IMG/VR virus record: IMGVR_UViG_3300029305_003072
Length of the DNA stretch: 64,000 nucleotides
Strand: one strand, 5' to 3'
Source: a virus
Lineage: Duplodnaviria > Heunggongvirae > Uroviricota > Caudoviricetes
Every line of letters starts with the position of its first letter. The first letter of the stretch is position 1. A program made the translations under genes and the position numbers. The notes below the pieces were generated by a model, which did no database searches, had not been told where the DNA came from, and saw nothing but the letters and a program-made list of their open reading frames with translations. Below are positions 25,902 through 34,167 of this stretch, piece after piece.

Positions 25902-26354
25902 TCAGATTTCTCTGAGAATTTCCAAGATGTTCTGCACATCGTAGGCTCTGCCTGTCCAGTTCGTTCTGTTGCGTTCTTCATCGTCGAACAGAATGTCGAG
26001 AGGATTGTTGCAGAAGTTCTGCTTCGGAGTGCCATAGGGAACGATGTGGATTTCGTTCCAGTTCACGCTCGGCAGGTGCTTTCTCAGCCAGTTCAGCTTG
26101 ACTTCGGTAACTGCTTCGTTGTATTCAGCAGTTCCACTTTTGCTCAACCAAGAGATAACTGCGAGGTTGTAGCCGTTCCGCTGAAGTGCGTTCAGCTTGC
26201 GAGCCAGTGCGGAGAGGTGGAGCAGAGGTCTTGCGTTTGCGTAGGGGAAAGTGTCACCTGCGATGAGGTATTCGAGCCAGTTCTCTACACCATAGAGGTC
26301 AGCGATTGTGCCGTCCATGTCGAAGTTAATTGTGATGTTCATCTGCTTTGCCAT
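25902..26354 (-). CDS. HAD-superfamily 5'(3')-deoxyribonucleotidase-like protein (~150 aa)
   Basis: The motif I sequence INFDMDGTIADL (DxDGT) and overall size match NT5C-type phage nucleotidases. Confidence 0.6.
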   Translation of the reverse strand: MAKQMNITINFDMDGTIADLYGVENWLEYLIAGDTFPYANARPLLHLSALARKLNALQRNGYNLAVISWLSKSGTAEYNEAVTEVKLNWLRKHLPSVNWNEIHIVPYGTPKQNFCNNPLDILFDDEERNRTNWTGRAYDVQNILEILREI

Positions 26355-26444
26355 TTGTATCAGTTCCTTTCCTTTTTGTACCTTAATTATACACCCAAAA
26401 CCGTGATTTGTCAATACCTTTTTTGAAAAAAGGGAAAGTTTTTT

Positions 26445-26918
26445 TTACTTTCCCTTTTTCATTTCTCTTGCCCGCTTCTGTGCCTTGTGGAGCACATCCA
26501 CATTGGTCAGGCTTGCGTTTTCGTACTTGACCTGATACTGAACGCCACCGATTTCCACATCACCGCAGTAGTCAAAGCGGACATGGTCGGGAGTGTACTC
26601 ACCCAGACCGCAAGCCTTGTGCAGATAGGCTTCGCACTTGTGACCCTTGTTCTTGTAAGGAATGGCTTCAAATTCAGCCTTGGTCATGATGGGGGTTGCA
26701 CCCTTGGCAATCAGCTTATCCTTTTCGGATACGCTGATGTACATCTTGAATTTCTGCTGTCCGCCGTTCTTGGAGGACTCAAATTCTTCGTGTGCCCAAC
26801 GAGGAGCGATGTGCTTGCAGTTGTAGATGTAGATGATACCCTTGCGCTCGAAGAAAATCAGAGTGCGGTCAGCGCCAGTCAGCTTGTTGTAGTAGCGGAA
26901 GAAATTACCCTTAGTCAT
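26445..26918 (-). CDS. hypothetical protein (~157 aa)
   Basis: Start at MTKGNFF after the conserved leader. Confidence 0.5.
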   Translation of the reverse strand: MTKGNFFRYYNKLTGADRTLIFFERKGIIYIYNCKHIAPRWAHEEFESSKNGGQQKFKMYISVSEKDKLIAKGATPIMTKAEFEAIPYKNKGHKCEAYLHKACGLGEYTPDHVRFDYCGDVEIGGVQYQVKYENASLTNVDVLHKAQKRAREMKKGK

Positions 26919-27123
26919 TGTTATTATCTCCTTTTCAGTTCCTTTTTGTATCTTAATTATAACACCAGTTTCCCGGTTTGTCAAGAACTTTTTTTCATTT
27001 TCTTGAACTTTTTTTTGATTTAGTGGTCTCTCTCAACCACAAGAACATTGTATCACATCCGGAATAGAAAGTCAAGCACAATTTTAGGAAAAACAACTAT
27101 TTATTTTTTGTGCAAATTGCCTA

Positions 27124-27240
27124 TTGACAAATTGCTGGGGCTGTGGTATAATGGAAATAACGCGCGCCTGGGCCGTGGGCGCGCGACCGAAAAAGCAAAA
27201 TGGAAAAAGCGCCTTAGTAGTAAGGCGCTTCGATTTCCAG
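27124..27240 (+). ncRNA. micro transcription unit U3 (promoter; hairpin CGCGCGCC..GGCGCGCG; terminator AGCGCCTTA..TAAGGCGCT)
   Basis: -35 at 27124-27129, -10 at 27147-27152, hairpin at 27160-27186, and terminator at 27206-27238. Confidence 0.5.
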
Positions 27241-27453
27241 TATCTCGGTTTGAATGAGTGTAAAATGTGCCCTGAACCGACACCCGCACCCGCAAATGTA
27301 ATCGTCTTTTTTCTCTCTGCGGTTGCTTGTATTGTCCTGGTACACCAGTTCGGATTGGGCACTACTCCCGCAGTTAGGACATCTAATGCGAGGGTCACGC
27401 AATTGTGCTTGCCACTCTCGTGCTATTTCTGCTGCTGTTTTCATTGTTCTCAC
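27214..27453 (-). CDS. zinc-ribbon protein (79 aa; CPNCGS...CGCGC)
   Basis: Minus ORF whose stop lies inside the U3 terminator. Confidence 0.5.
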   Translation of the reverse strand: MRTMKTAAEIAREWQAQLRDPRIRCPNCGSSAQSELVYQDNTSNRREKKDDYICGCGCRFRAHFTLIQTEILEIEAPYY

Positions 27454-27489
27454 CTCTTGGCATTATTATAACATGGTTTGGGGATTTTG

Positions 27490-27714
27490 TCAACCCCCGC
27501 AAGCACATTTTTTTTCGTAATGTTCTCTAACAAGGAGAGCATCCCGCACTCGCTTCTGGTTGAAATCTTCTTTGTGAATTACTGTGCAATAGTAGTATTT
27601 TGTGCGGAAAATGGGCCAATTGGGATGAATTATCTTTCGATAGACTACATGAACATAGTCTTCGCCGAGCTTCCATGTGGCTTCGTACTCACCATCTGCC
27701 CCTTTAATAATCAT
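27490..27714 (-). CDS. hypothetical protein (74 aa)
   Basis: Minus ORF. Confidence 0.45.
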   Translation of the reverse strand: MIIKGADGEYEATWKLGEDYVHVVYRKIIHPNWPIFRTKYYYCTVIHKEDFNQKRVRDALLVREHYEKKCACGG

Positions 27715-27866
27715 CCATTATCACCCCTTTTGAATTTCTGTCTGTTGTATTTCTTCTTGCTTTCTACCACAGAGCCACGCTTGCGAAAGTGGAGATACTG
27801 CTGAAGTTCTTCTCCCTCTTTCTTGAACATTCTGCGGTCGATTGTGTTTTTCTTTTTCTTACTCAT
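27711..27866 (-). CDS. small basic protein (~51 aa, Lys/Arg-rich)
   Basis: Start at MSKKKKN. Confidence 0.4.
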   Translation of the reverse strand: MSKKKKNTIDRRMFKKEGEELQQYLHFRKRGSVVESKKKYNRQKFKRGDNG

Positions 27867-27928
27867 TTCGTTTACCTCTTTTCTTTTTGTAATTAAATTA
27901 TACCATAGATTTAGGGATTTGTCAACCC

Positions 27929-28255
27929 CTAAATCCAATTATTTTCACAGTCCCATGCTTTTGCCCGTCTGATGATTTCAGAGTAACCAGCAGGAGGATA
28001 ACCACCAGTAGTTTCGTAGAACATCTTGCAGGCAATCTTCCATCTTGCAGGGTAGGCGGTGACAAGAATGTTGCTCTTGGCATCCATTACCATTAAGATA
28101 CCAGTGGAAGTCAAGCAGTTTCTCTTTCCTCTGTAAATTGTGGTGCAAATGATTTCGCCGAAGCCTAACTCTCTATCCATTTTTACAAGTCTTTCTCTGC
28201 GTTCGGTGTAGCAGTGGTCGGTGAAACTCACGGTGATGCTCATGCTCTTTAACAT
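27929..28255 (-). CDS. hypothetical protein (~108 aa)
   Basis: Start at MLKSMSITV after the leader. Confidence 0.5.
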   Translation of the reverse strand: MLKSMSITVSFTDHCYTERRERLVKMDRELGFGEIICTTIYRGKRNCLTSTGILMVMDAKSNILVTAYPARWKIACKMFYETTGGYPPAGYSEIIRRAKAWDCENNWI

Positions 28256-28322
28256 TTGATTTACTCTCCTCTCTTTTTGTATCTTAATTATAACACGGGA
28301 AAGGGGTTTTGTCAACCCCTTT

Positions 28323-28763
28323 TCAAAAAATTTTTTCGCCAATGTTTGTCACAACTGTGGCTTCAATCCACCGCACGCAAATGCCCTTGCTTTCCAAAAG
28401 GCGATAGTATTGCAGGTCGTTGTCGAAATTTTGTTCGAAGTCTGCGATTGCCTTAAAGTTTGCGAGGATGGGGTTCTTGTGGTAGCGGAACTCAAGACGA
28501 GCACGCCAAGCCTCTTTGCTCTGCGAGGGTGCGAGGATAACAAAGGGAATGTTGTTGTTCATGCAGTATTCAATCACCACACGATGAGCGGAGATGAATA
28601 CATTCTTGTCAGTAGCGAGGGCAACCGCCGTCCGCACATAGTTTTCTTCCCATCCTGCGACCTTGACAAATGCGGAGCTGTCGAGGTCAACAGTAGTATT
28701 GGGGTTATTTCTACAGTAGGTAGATTTTCCACTACCCTGATAGCCACAGTAAATCATTTTCAT
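28323..28763 (-). CDS. P-loop NTPase, nucleotide/nucleoside kinase-like (~146 aa)
   Basis: The Walker A motif IYCGYQGSGKST sits at the N-terminus, at a size typical of phage dNMP/polynucleotide kinases. Confidence 0.55.
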   Translation of the reverse strand: MKMIYCGYQGSGKSTYCRNNPNTTVDLDSSAFVKVAGWEENYVRTAVALATDKNVFISAHRVVIEYCMNNNIPFVILAPSQSKEAWRARLEFRYHKNPILANFKAIADFEQNFDNDLQYYRLLESKGICVRWIEATVVTNIGEKIF

Positions 28764-28814
28764 TTCAGTTCCTTTCCTTTTGTACCTACATTGTATCACA
28801 GAGAAAGGCTTTTG

Positions 28815-29138
28815 TCAAGCCTTTTCTGCGAGAATTTCCAAAAGTTCATAGCCAGAAAGGAAAGTATTTCCTGCGAGGTGGTAGGCTCGGCAGTGCTCAG
28901 CCAGTTCTTCCCTTGCTCTGTCGTAGCTACGCAGAGCGGAAACCAGTACCCATTTATCCTCGGTTACATCGCCCGCAAACATCTTGTATTCTGCGGACTC
29001 TTGGGGCAACATAGCCATTGCCTTCTGTCTGCGGTTGATGACTCTCACACAGTACTCAATCTTGTCCTTTGCATTGCGAGTAGCGATGACGAGTTCGTCT
29101 CTCTTGGTCTCTTCGGCAGTCTTGGTAATCTTCTTCAT
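28815..29138 (-). CDS. hypothetical protein (~107 aa)
   Basis: Start at MKKITKTAEE. Confidence 0.5.
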   Translation of the reverse strand: MKKITKTAEETKRDELVIATRNAKDKIEYCVRVINRRQKAMAMLPQESAEYKMFAGDVTEDKWVLVSALRSYDRAREELAEHCRAYHLAGNTFLSGYELLEILAEKA

Positions 29139-29246
29139 GGTGTTTAGCTCCTTTGTTCTTTTGTTGTACTTAGTATACCACACGGAGACCGATTTGTCAA
29201 TACCTTTTGGGAAAAATAATTATTTATTTTTTTTCTAATTTTCCTC

Positions 29247-29370
29247 TTGACAAAATGGCTGGGATGTGTTATACTGGCAATTAGGGCGCGCCAGGACCGT
29301 TGGCGCGCCTATGGCGGGATTCGTCACATTGCACAATTAAAGGGTGTGCCTTACTCTTGGCACACCCTCA
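29247..29370 (+). ncRNA. micro transcription unit U4 (promoter TTGACA-17-TATACT; hairpin GGCGCGCC..GGCGCGCC; terminator AGGGTGTGCC..GGCACACCCT)
   Basis: -35 at 29247-29252, -10 at 29270-29275, hairpin at 29284-29309, and terminator at 29341-29368. Confidence 0.5.
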
Positions 29371-29572
29371 TCAGCAGTCTCTCATAGGACACACCTGCTA
29401 CCTTACACAGCACACGCAGGTTGTCTCTCACCATCAGCTTCTCTGCGTAGGTGATGTCCTCGTTGTCCTTGTTCAGTACCATGATGATGTACTTGTACTG
29501 ATGGCTTGCCTGCACCTCAGGCTTTAGCTCTCTTACTGTGCTCAGCATCTTGTTGATAGGTCTCTTGTTCAT
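29351..29572 (-). CDS. hypothetical protein (~73 aa)
   Basis: Start at MNKRPINKM. Confidence 0.45.
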   Translation of the reverse strand: MNKRPINKMLSTVRELKPEVQASHQYKYIIMVLNKDNEDITYAEKLMVRDNLRVLCKVAGVSYERLLMRVCQE

Positions 29573-29589
29573 TGTCTTGTCCTCCTCTA

Positions 29590-29745
29590 TTAGTTCTTGT
29601 TGACAGCGATGATAGTGGCAATAGCAGCTACGCCAAAGGCTACGACTAGAGCCACAAGAGTGATACCCAGCCACTCAGGACAAGTAGTAGTATTGTCAAG
29701 GTTGCTGTTAGCAATCCACATAGCGATGTTGTTAGAAATGGTCAT
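29590..29745 (-). CDS. small membrane protein (51 aa)
   Basis: ATG after AAGGAGATAACAACA; the hydrophobic core is LGITLVALVVAFGVAAIATIIAV. Confidence 0.4.
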   Translation of the reverse strand: MTISNNIAMWIANSNLDNTTTCPEWLGITLVALVVAFGVAAIATIIAVNKN

Positions 29746-29950
29746 TGTTGTTATCTCCTTTACTCTGTGAGGTTGTGTCCCTCTCTCTTTGTGTCTTTAT
29801 TATAGCATTACGGGAGCTTTTTGTCAAGAGTTTTTTTGCTTATTTACGCAACTTTTTTTTAGCACCCCCTACAGTATGCCCCACTAGGGGACCTGACGCC
29901 TGTGCTCGGTGGCTACTACTACATAGTATAATAGAGTAAGGCTGTGTACC

Positions 29951-30232
29951 TTACTCTACATCTACTACTCTGTCATCATAGATAGTATCACTGCCCATGG
30001 CTAGCATGGTTAGCACTACCCTTGTGCCTACACATGGTACAGTGTCACCCTCTACATCATAGCACCACACATTGCCTGTGGTGTCCTCTGCGCTGATGGT
30101 GTTACCCTCTACCTCTACTACCACAGCTTCTCTTGTGTACCTATCATTAAGCTGTGCTTGACCTAGTGCATTGAAGGTCACTACCAGTAGTATAGCACAC
30201 AGCACACACAGTACCTTCTCACTCATTGTCAT
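29951..30232 (-). CDS. secreted/lipoprotein-like protein with N-terminal signal peptide (93 aa)
   Basis: The N-terminus MTMSEKVLCVLCAILLVVTFNALGQAQ is signal-peptide-like. Confidence 0.5.
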   Translation of the reverse strand: MTMSEKVLCVLCAILLVVTFNALGQAQLNDRYTREAVVVEVEGNTISAEDTTGNVWCYDVEGDTVPCVGTRVVLTMLAMGSDTIYDDRVVDVE

Positions 30233-30364
30233 TACCTCACTGTTCCTTTGTTGTATCTACAGTATACCACATTACAGGATGTTTGTCAATAGGTAAGATG
30301 CACAAATGTGTAGAACTTTTTTTGTGTAGGGTATTATTGCATGGCAGCTAGGGCCGCGCCGCAC

Positions 30365-30465
30365 GTGCACGGCCCAGCGTGTGTATTGTGTATGTATTAT
30401 TGTGTGTGTATTGTTTATTATACATACATTATTGTGTATGTATGAGGATGTGTTGTGTGTGTCTT
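30365..30465. repeat. TG/TA-rich low-complexity tract (TGTGTAT/TATTGTGT-type microsatellite-like)
   Basis: Simple-sequence composition with no ORF. Confidence 0.6.
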
Positions 30466-30635
30466 TGCGCCTCTTTGCCGGGGCTGGCAATACCTTTGCT
30501 GTGTGCGCTCGCCGCGACGCAGACTATAGACTTTGTGTTTTTCCCCAGATGTGAATAAAACCCCGGGGCCTATTTCGGGAAAAAAATTTTTTTGCCCAGA
30601 CAAAACGCTTTTGTCTGGGCATTATAATCTTGAAA

Positions 30636-31451
30636 TCAATTTTCAATTTCGGAAAACGATAATTCTGGGAAAAAAGATAATAGGTACCCTATTGTCAAAT
30701 TATTATACTCAGTATATGGTATTCTAATAAGACGAATATTATTTTCCTTACACCATTGATTTTTTCTTGTATCACGCTCTTGTTGAATTTTTAACTGTTC
30801 TTCTCCACCCCATAATTCAACAGCTTCAAAATGTTGCTGACCATCATATTCAATCAATCCCAATAATTTACCATCTTTAAAAATGGCGAAATCAAATGGT
30901 GATAAAATATTGAACTCTTTAATCCTATACTGTGTTTGAAAATCAATACCTGCTTTTACCAATAGCTGAGTAAGTTTTATTTCTCCGCTGGATTGAGAAG
31001 CGCATCCACAAGAAATAGTACGATTATGAAATTGACCTTTTAAATGCTCAACTCTGACATCAATAATGTTACCACACTCGCACTTACATTTAACATAACT
31101 GTGATTACCTTTTGATTCAGCTCTATCTATAATTTCTAATAAGCCAAATCTATCTCCTTTATGCCAAGAAATTAAACCTCTTTCTTCTGCTTTTTGTCTA
31201 ATCTTTTCTCCTTTGCATTTATTACAACATTCACTTTTTCCATTTACTAAGCTATCTCTTGAAACACTAATTACTTCTCCACATAATCCACATTTACAAA
31301 ACCAAAATGTTGAATGCTGCTTAGAAGTTGGATGATAATCTCTTTCAATAACTTCCCATTCTCCAAATTTCATACCTGGTATAATTTTTAATGGTGGCAT
31401 AATATTTCCTCCTTGTTTTATGCTATTATATATAATTTTCCCGAAACTCAT
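30636..31451 (-). CDS. zinc-finger + DUF559-like (restriction-endonuclease-fold) nuclease, homing-endonuclease candidate (271 aa)
   Basis: Two Cys clusters (CKCGLCGE..CCNKC; CKCECGN..CGC) are followed by a C-terminal region IEYDGQQHFEAVELWGG..ERD..KNQWCKENNIRLIRIPY, which resembles the EvDG..H-type Vsr/DUF559 endonuclease domain. Confidence 0.45.
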   Translation of the reverse strand: MSFGKIIYNSIKQGGNIMPPLKIIPGMKFGEWEVIERDYHPTSKQHSTFWFCKCGLCGEVISVSRDSLVNGKSECCNKCKGEKIRQKAEERGLISWHKGDRFGLLEIIDRAESKGNHSYVKCKCECGNIIDVRVEHLKGQFHNRTISCGCASQSSGEIKLTQLLVKAGIDFQTQYRIKEFNILSPFDFAIFKDGKLLGLIEYDGQQHFEAVELWGGEEQLKIQQERDTRKNQWCKENNIRLIRIPYTEYNNLTIGYLLSFFPELSFSEIEN

Positions 31452-31476
31452 ATTTCGGGATTTTGTCCAAAGAAAA

Positions 31477-31518
31477 ATGGGAAAATATGTTTTTATTATA
31501 TTTTCCCATTTTTTAATT
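31477..31518. repeat. perfect 16-bp inverted repeat AAAAATGGGAAAATAT-N9-ATATTTTCCCATTTTT
   Basis: Seen directly in the sequence; it lies upstream of the 30636-31451 start. Confidence 0.6.
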
Positions 31519-31523
31519 ATTTT

Positions 31524-32069
31524 TTACGTACACGCTCTTACAGATGCCGTTTTACCGGTTGCCACGGCCGCAGTTAAATATTCCACGACACCTTGCAAAT
31601 TGTCAATACTTGTTGTATAATCATTATACACTTTTGATTCCAGTCCAGAGACCGCTGAACCGGCCTCGCCGCAAGAAATCGTAATGCTGTATCCGGGGTC
31701 TGGCTGTCCCTTTGTTGTCAAAGTATAATCGTAAGGATTATAGTCATATTCCTATACTGTGATAGGCTCATAGATAGAATCAGCCTCGCGCATGAAATAA
31801 TGCCATACATAACCACCCAGGTCTTGCGCTGTTCCTAGATAGCTCATGAACATCAACTCGTCGGGAACCATCCAGCCGGTACCCCAGGCCGCAATCTCAT
31901 AGTTTCTCGCATTGCCATTTTCTTCGACGATTGCCCAGATGTGAGGCCAGCCATTTTGCTCTTGGATATCTAGCCATTTAATTACATCCGCATGAATGGT
32001 AATTACTTCGCCATCTCTTGGCAATCTATATTTAAATATTTTCTTCATTTTTTGCTTCCTCTTCTTCAA
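31524..32069 (-). CDS. hypothetical protein (~181 aa) with one in-frame TAG (plus 31752-31754)
   Basis: ORF-track pieces 31752-32069 and 31524-31721 are in the same frame, separated only by TAG, with no TAA/TGA in between. Confidence 0.45.
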
Positions 32070-32268
32070 CGTGCTTAGTTACACAAATAAACCATCTGCC
32101 ATCAACAAAGGTGGTATAATAGTCCATATTGTCGCCATTTTCAATTCCAAATTTTGCTTTCAAATGAGAAGGTACGACAATTCGACTTGAACTATCAACC
32201 TTATATGGTCTGCCTTCTGGAATCAATTGCGCGTTGTTAATCCAATCACTCATTGGCATAATGTACAT
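32032..32268 (-). CDS. SpoVT/AbrB (MazE-like) domain protein (78 aa)
   Basis: KVDSSSRIVVPSHLKAKFGIENGDNMDYY fits the looped-hinge AbrB/MazE pattern. Confidence 0.45.
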   Translation of the reverse strand: MYIMPMSDWINNAQLIPEGRPYKVDSSSRIVVPSHLKAKFGIENGDNMDYYTTFVDGRWFICVTKHVEEEEAKNEENI

Positions 32269-32303
32269 CCTCCTTCCTTATAGTAGGCACAGAACATTGT
32301 GCA

Positions 32304-32546
32304 CTAGCCGCCGTTCTGGTCACAGGGTTTATATTTTTCTATCATCTCTTGGATATGCGGGCACCGCTCTACAAATCGCAAGAAATAATCATATCCATAA
32401 AGGGCAAAAATGCGGTCAGCTTTAAAAGTATCTCGTTCTACCCGATACTTCTGCGGGTCGCAGCCAATTTGCCCTAGATATGCGGCATAGCTATCTGCTT
32501 CCCACATACCTTCAACTTCTAATAAAATCAAAGTCCATTTATCCAC
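32304..32546 (-). CDS. hypothetical protein (80 aa)
   Basis: Minus ORF overlapping folD by 8 nt. Confidence 0.45.
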   Translation of the reverse strand: MDKWTLILLEVEGMWEADSYAAYLGQIGCDPQKYRVERDTFKADRIFALYGYDYFLRFVERCPHIQEMIEKYKPCDQNGG

Positions 32547-33351
32547 GTTTTAAACTCACCCTTGCTTTCGCATCAATTACATTCTCCAAAAGTGCGCATC
32601 TGGTCAAAAGACCGACCCCTCCTGGAACTGGTGTTACATCTCGTCCTTCTGTATTGAAGGCATCGCCGACAAGTCGGCTTCTGCCTTCAGCATCTGTTAC
32701 AAAGTTAATGCCGACGTCAATAACAGGCACATGAATTGGGTAGCAATTTAAAAAGCCTGCTTTACCTACTGCTGTGACAATCAGGTCAGCCCCATACAAA
32801 TGATGTGACAATTTTGATTTACTGTGGCAAAGAGTTACTGTCGCATCTGCGTCTGTCATCATTCTCGCCAAAGGCTTACCAACAATATTACTGCGACCAA
32901 TGATTACGACGTCGCGTCCCGCAACGTCGTAATCGCAAGCACGAAGATATTTCATGATGCCTGCGGGAGTTGCTGGGTCATAAGGACTATCTGGATGAAA
33001 TCCATCAACATCCTTCAAAGGATTGATTGCGGCAACCACGACCTTCTCGCGGATATGAGGTGGGAGTGGTAGTTGCACTATAACGCCGTCATAGTGTTCC
33101 TGGTCGAGCTTGATATTTTCACATAGCTCATGTTCAGTAATATCCTCTGGATATTGATAAACATCAGCAATGATACCGACCTCTTCACAATCTTTCACTT
33201 TGTTTTTGATATAACGATTTGATGCTTCTACATTTCCAACTTGGATAATTGCTAACTTAGGTGCATCACCAATTGCGGTAATGCGGTCTTTAAATTGTTC
33301 TTTCAGTGCTTTAGTATATTCTTTAATATTTCCAAGGACCATCGTCGTCAT
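32539..33351 (-). CDS. folD: bifunctional methylenetetrahydrofolate dehydrogenase / methenyl-THF cyclohydrolase (FolD), 270 aa
   Basis: The full-length match includes QLPLPPH, KDVDGFH, PATPAGIM, VVIIGRSNIVGKP, TVTLCHS, PVIDVGIN and TPVPGGVG. Confidence 0.85.
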   Translation of the reverse strand: MTTMVLGNIKEYTKALKEQFKDRITAIGDAPKLAIIQVGNVEASNRYIKNKVKDCEEVGIIADVYQYPEDITEHELCENIKLDQEHYDGVIVQLPLPPHIREKVVVAAINPLKDVDGFHPDSPYDPATPAGIMKYLRACDYDVAGRDVVIIGRSNIVGKPLARMMTDADATVTLCHSKSKLSHHLYGADLIVTAVGKAGFLNCYPIHVPVIDVGINFVTDAEGRSRLVGDAFNTEGRDVTPVPGGVGLLTRCALLENVIDAKARVSLKRG

Positions 33352-33574
33352 CCCCCCACCCTTCCGGTAAAATACAGTCTAAAATTGCTTCAAGTACATT
33401 TGCGGCCGCGAATATTGGACCGCCAATAATAAAGATAATGCCTACGATTAATTGGTCTTTCCAATTTAAATCTTTACAGGCTGGTGCATATTGAATCATC
33501 ACCAGGAGTGACATGATTGCCCATAAAATAGCAATAATTAATCCGCTGGTTTCCATGTCCACATTCCTTCCCAA
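33323..33574 (-). CDS. small membrane protein (83 aa, 2 TM)
   Basis: Minus ORF, hydrophobic. Confidence 0.45.
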   Translation of the reverse strand: MGRNVDMETSGLIIAILWAIMSLLVMIQYAPACKDLNWKDQLIVGIIFIIGGPIFAAANVLEAILDCILPEGWGDDDDGPWKY

Positions 33575-33966
33575 GGAGCATATACAACAACATTCTTAAA
33601 TATTGTCGGAGTTCCAAAAGCCTCTTCAAGGATTTCATCGGGAACATCATCACCTTGCGCACCGATATATTCTCGTTCACTTTCTTTCGTACATATTGTA
33701 AAACCTACAATTTTCTTTTCATCATACATCGAAAAATCTGTAATCATCATTTCAGAATCTGAATTGAATTTAACTTGCGAGATTACTGTTGCGGGATAAT
33801 ATTTACCATCATATGCTTTCCCGAATTTCGCGGAAGGTTTGCCGGAGGCCATATCTAAAGAGGCTTCAACAATATCAAAGGTGTTTTTTAGCACCCCAAG
33901 TAACCAAAAAATAAAGGCGGTTGCGCCGACCAATAAGATACTTAGGATAACGATTGCGACAATCAT
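33538..33966 (-). CDS. membrane-anchored protein (142 aa, N-terminal TM)
   Basis: SD AAGGAG and promoter TTGACA-17-TATAAT at ~33990-34022 on the minus strand. Confidence 0.55.
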   Translation of the reverse strand: MIVAIVILSILLVGATAFIFWLLGVLKNTFDIVEASLDMASGKPSAKFGKAYDGKYYPATVISQVKFNSDSEMMITDFSMYDEKKIVGFTICTKESEREYIGAQGDDVPDEILEEAFGTPTIFKNVVVYAPWEGMWTWKPAD

Positions 33967-34111
33967 ATATACTGCTCCTTATCTTTTATTTATATAAATA
34001 TTATAACAAAAAATTTTTCTTTTGTCAAGTCGGTTGCTTCAGGTCAAATCCAATTTATTTTATTGTCAGAATTTTTAAATATAAGTTAGGGAAAAATTTT
34101 TCGGAAAAACT

Positions 34112-34140
34112 TGACTCAAGAAAAATTTTCTGGTATAATA
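34112..34140 (+). promoter_or_regulatory. rightward promoter TTGACT-17-TGgTATAAT at the head of the late operon
   Basis: TTGACTcaagaaaaattttctggTATAAT; it is divergent from the 33990-34022 leftward promoter. Confidence 0.7.
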
Positions 34141-34167
34141 AAAGTATGAAAGACTGGAGGTAAAGTA

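Noticed and set aside
25542-26426. 294-aa plus ORF.
   Set aside because: Antisense to the HAD nucleotidase and small membrane genes, which have promoters and conserved leaders.
28410-29147. 245-aa plus ORF.
   Set aside because: Antisense to the P-loop kinase-like gene and the 28815-29138 gene.
30585-30620. Terminator call for the palindrome GCCCAGACAAAACGCTTTTGTCTGGGC.
   Set aside because: A good 12-bp stem, but the flanking A7T7 run gives no clear U-tract on either strand; left unannotated as uncertain.
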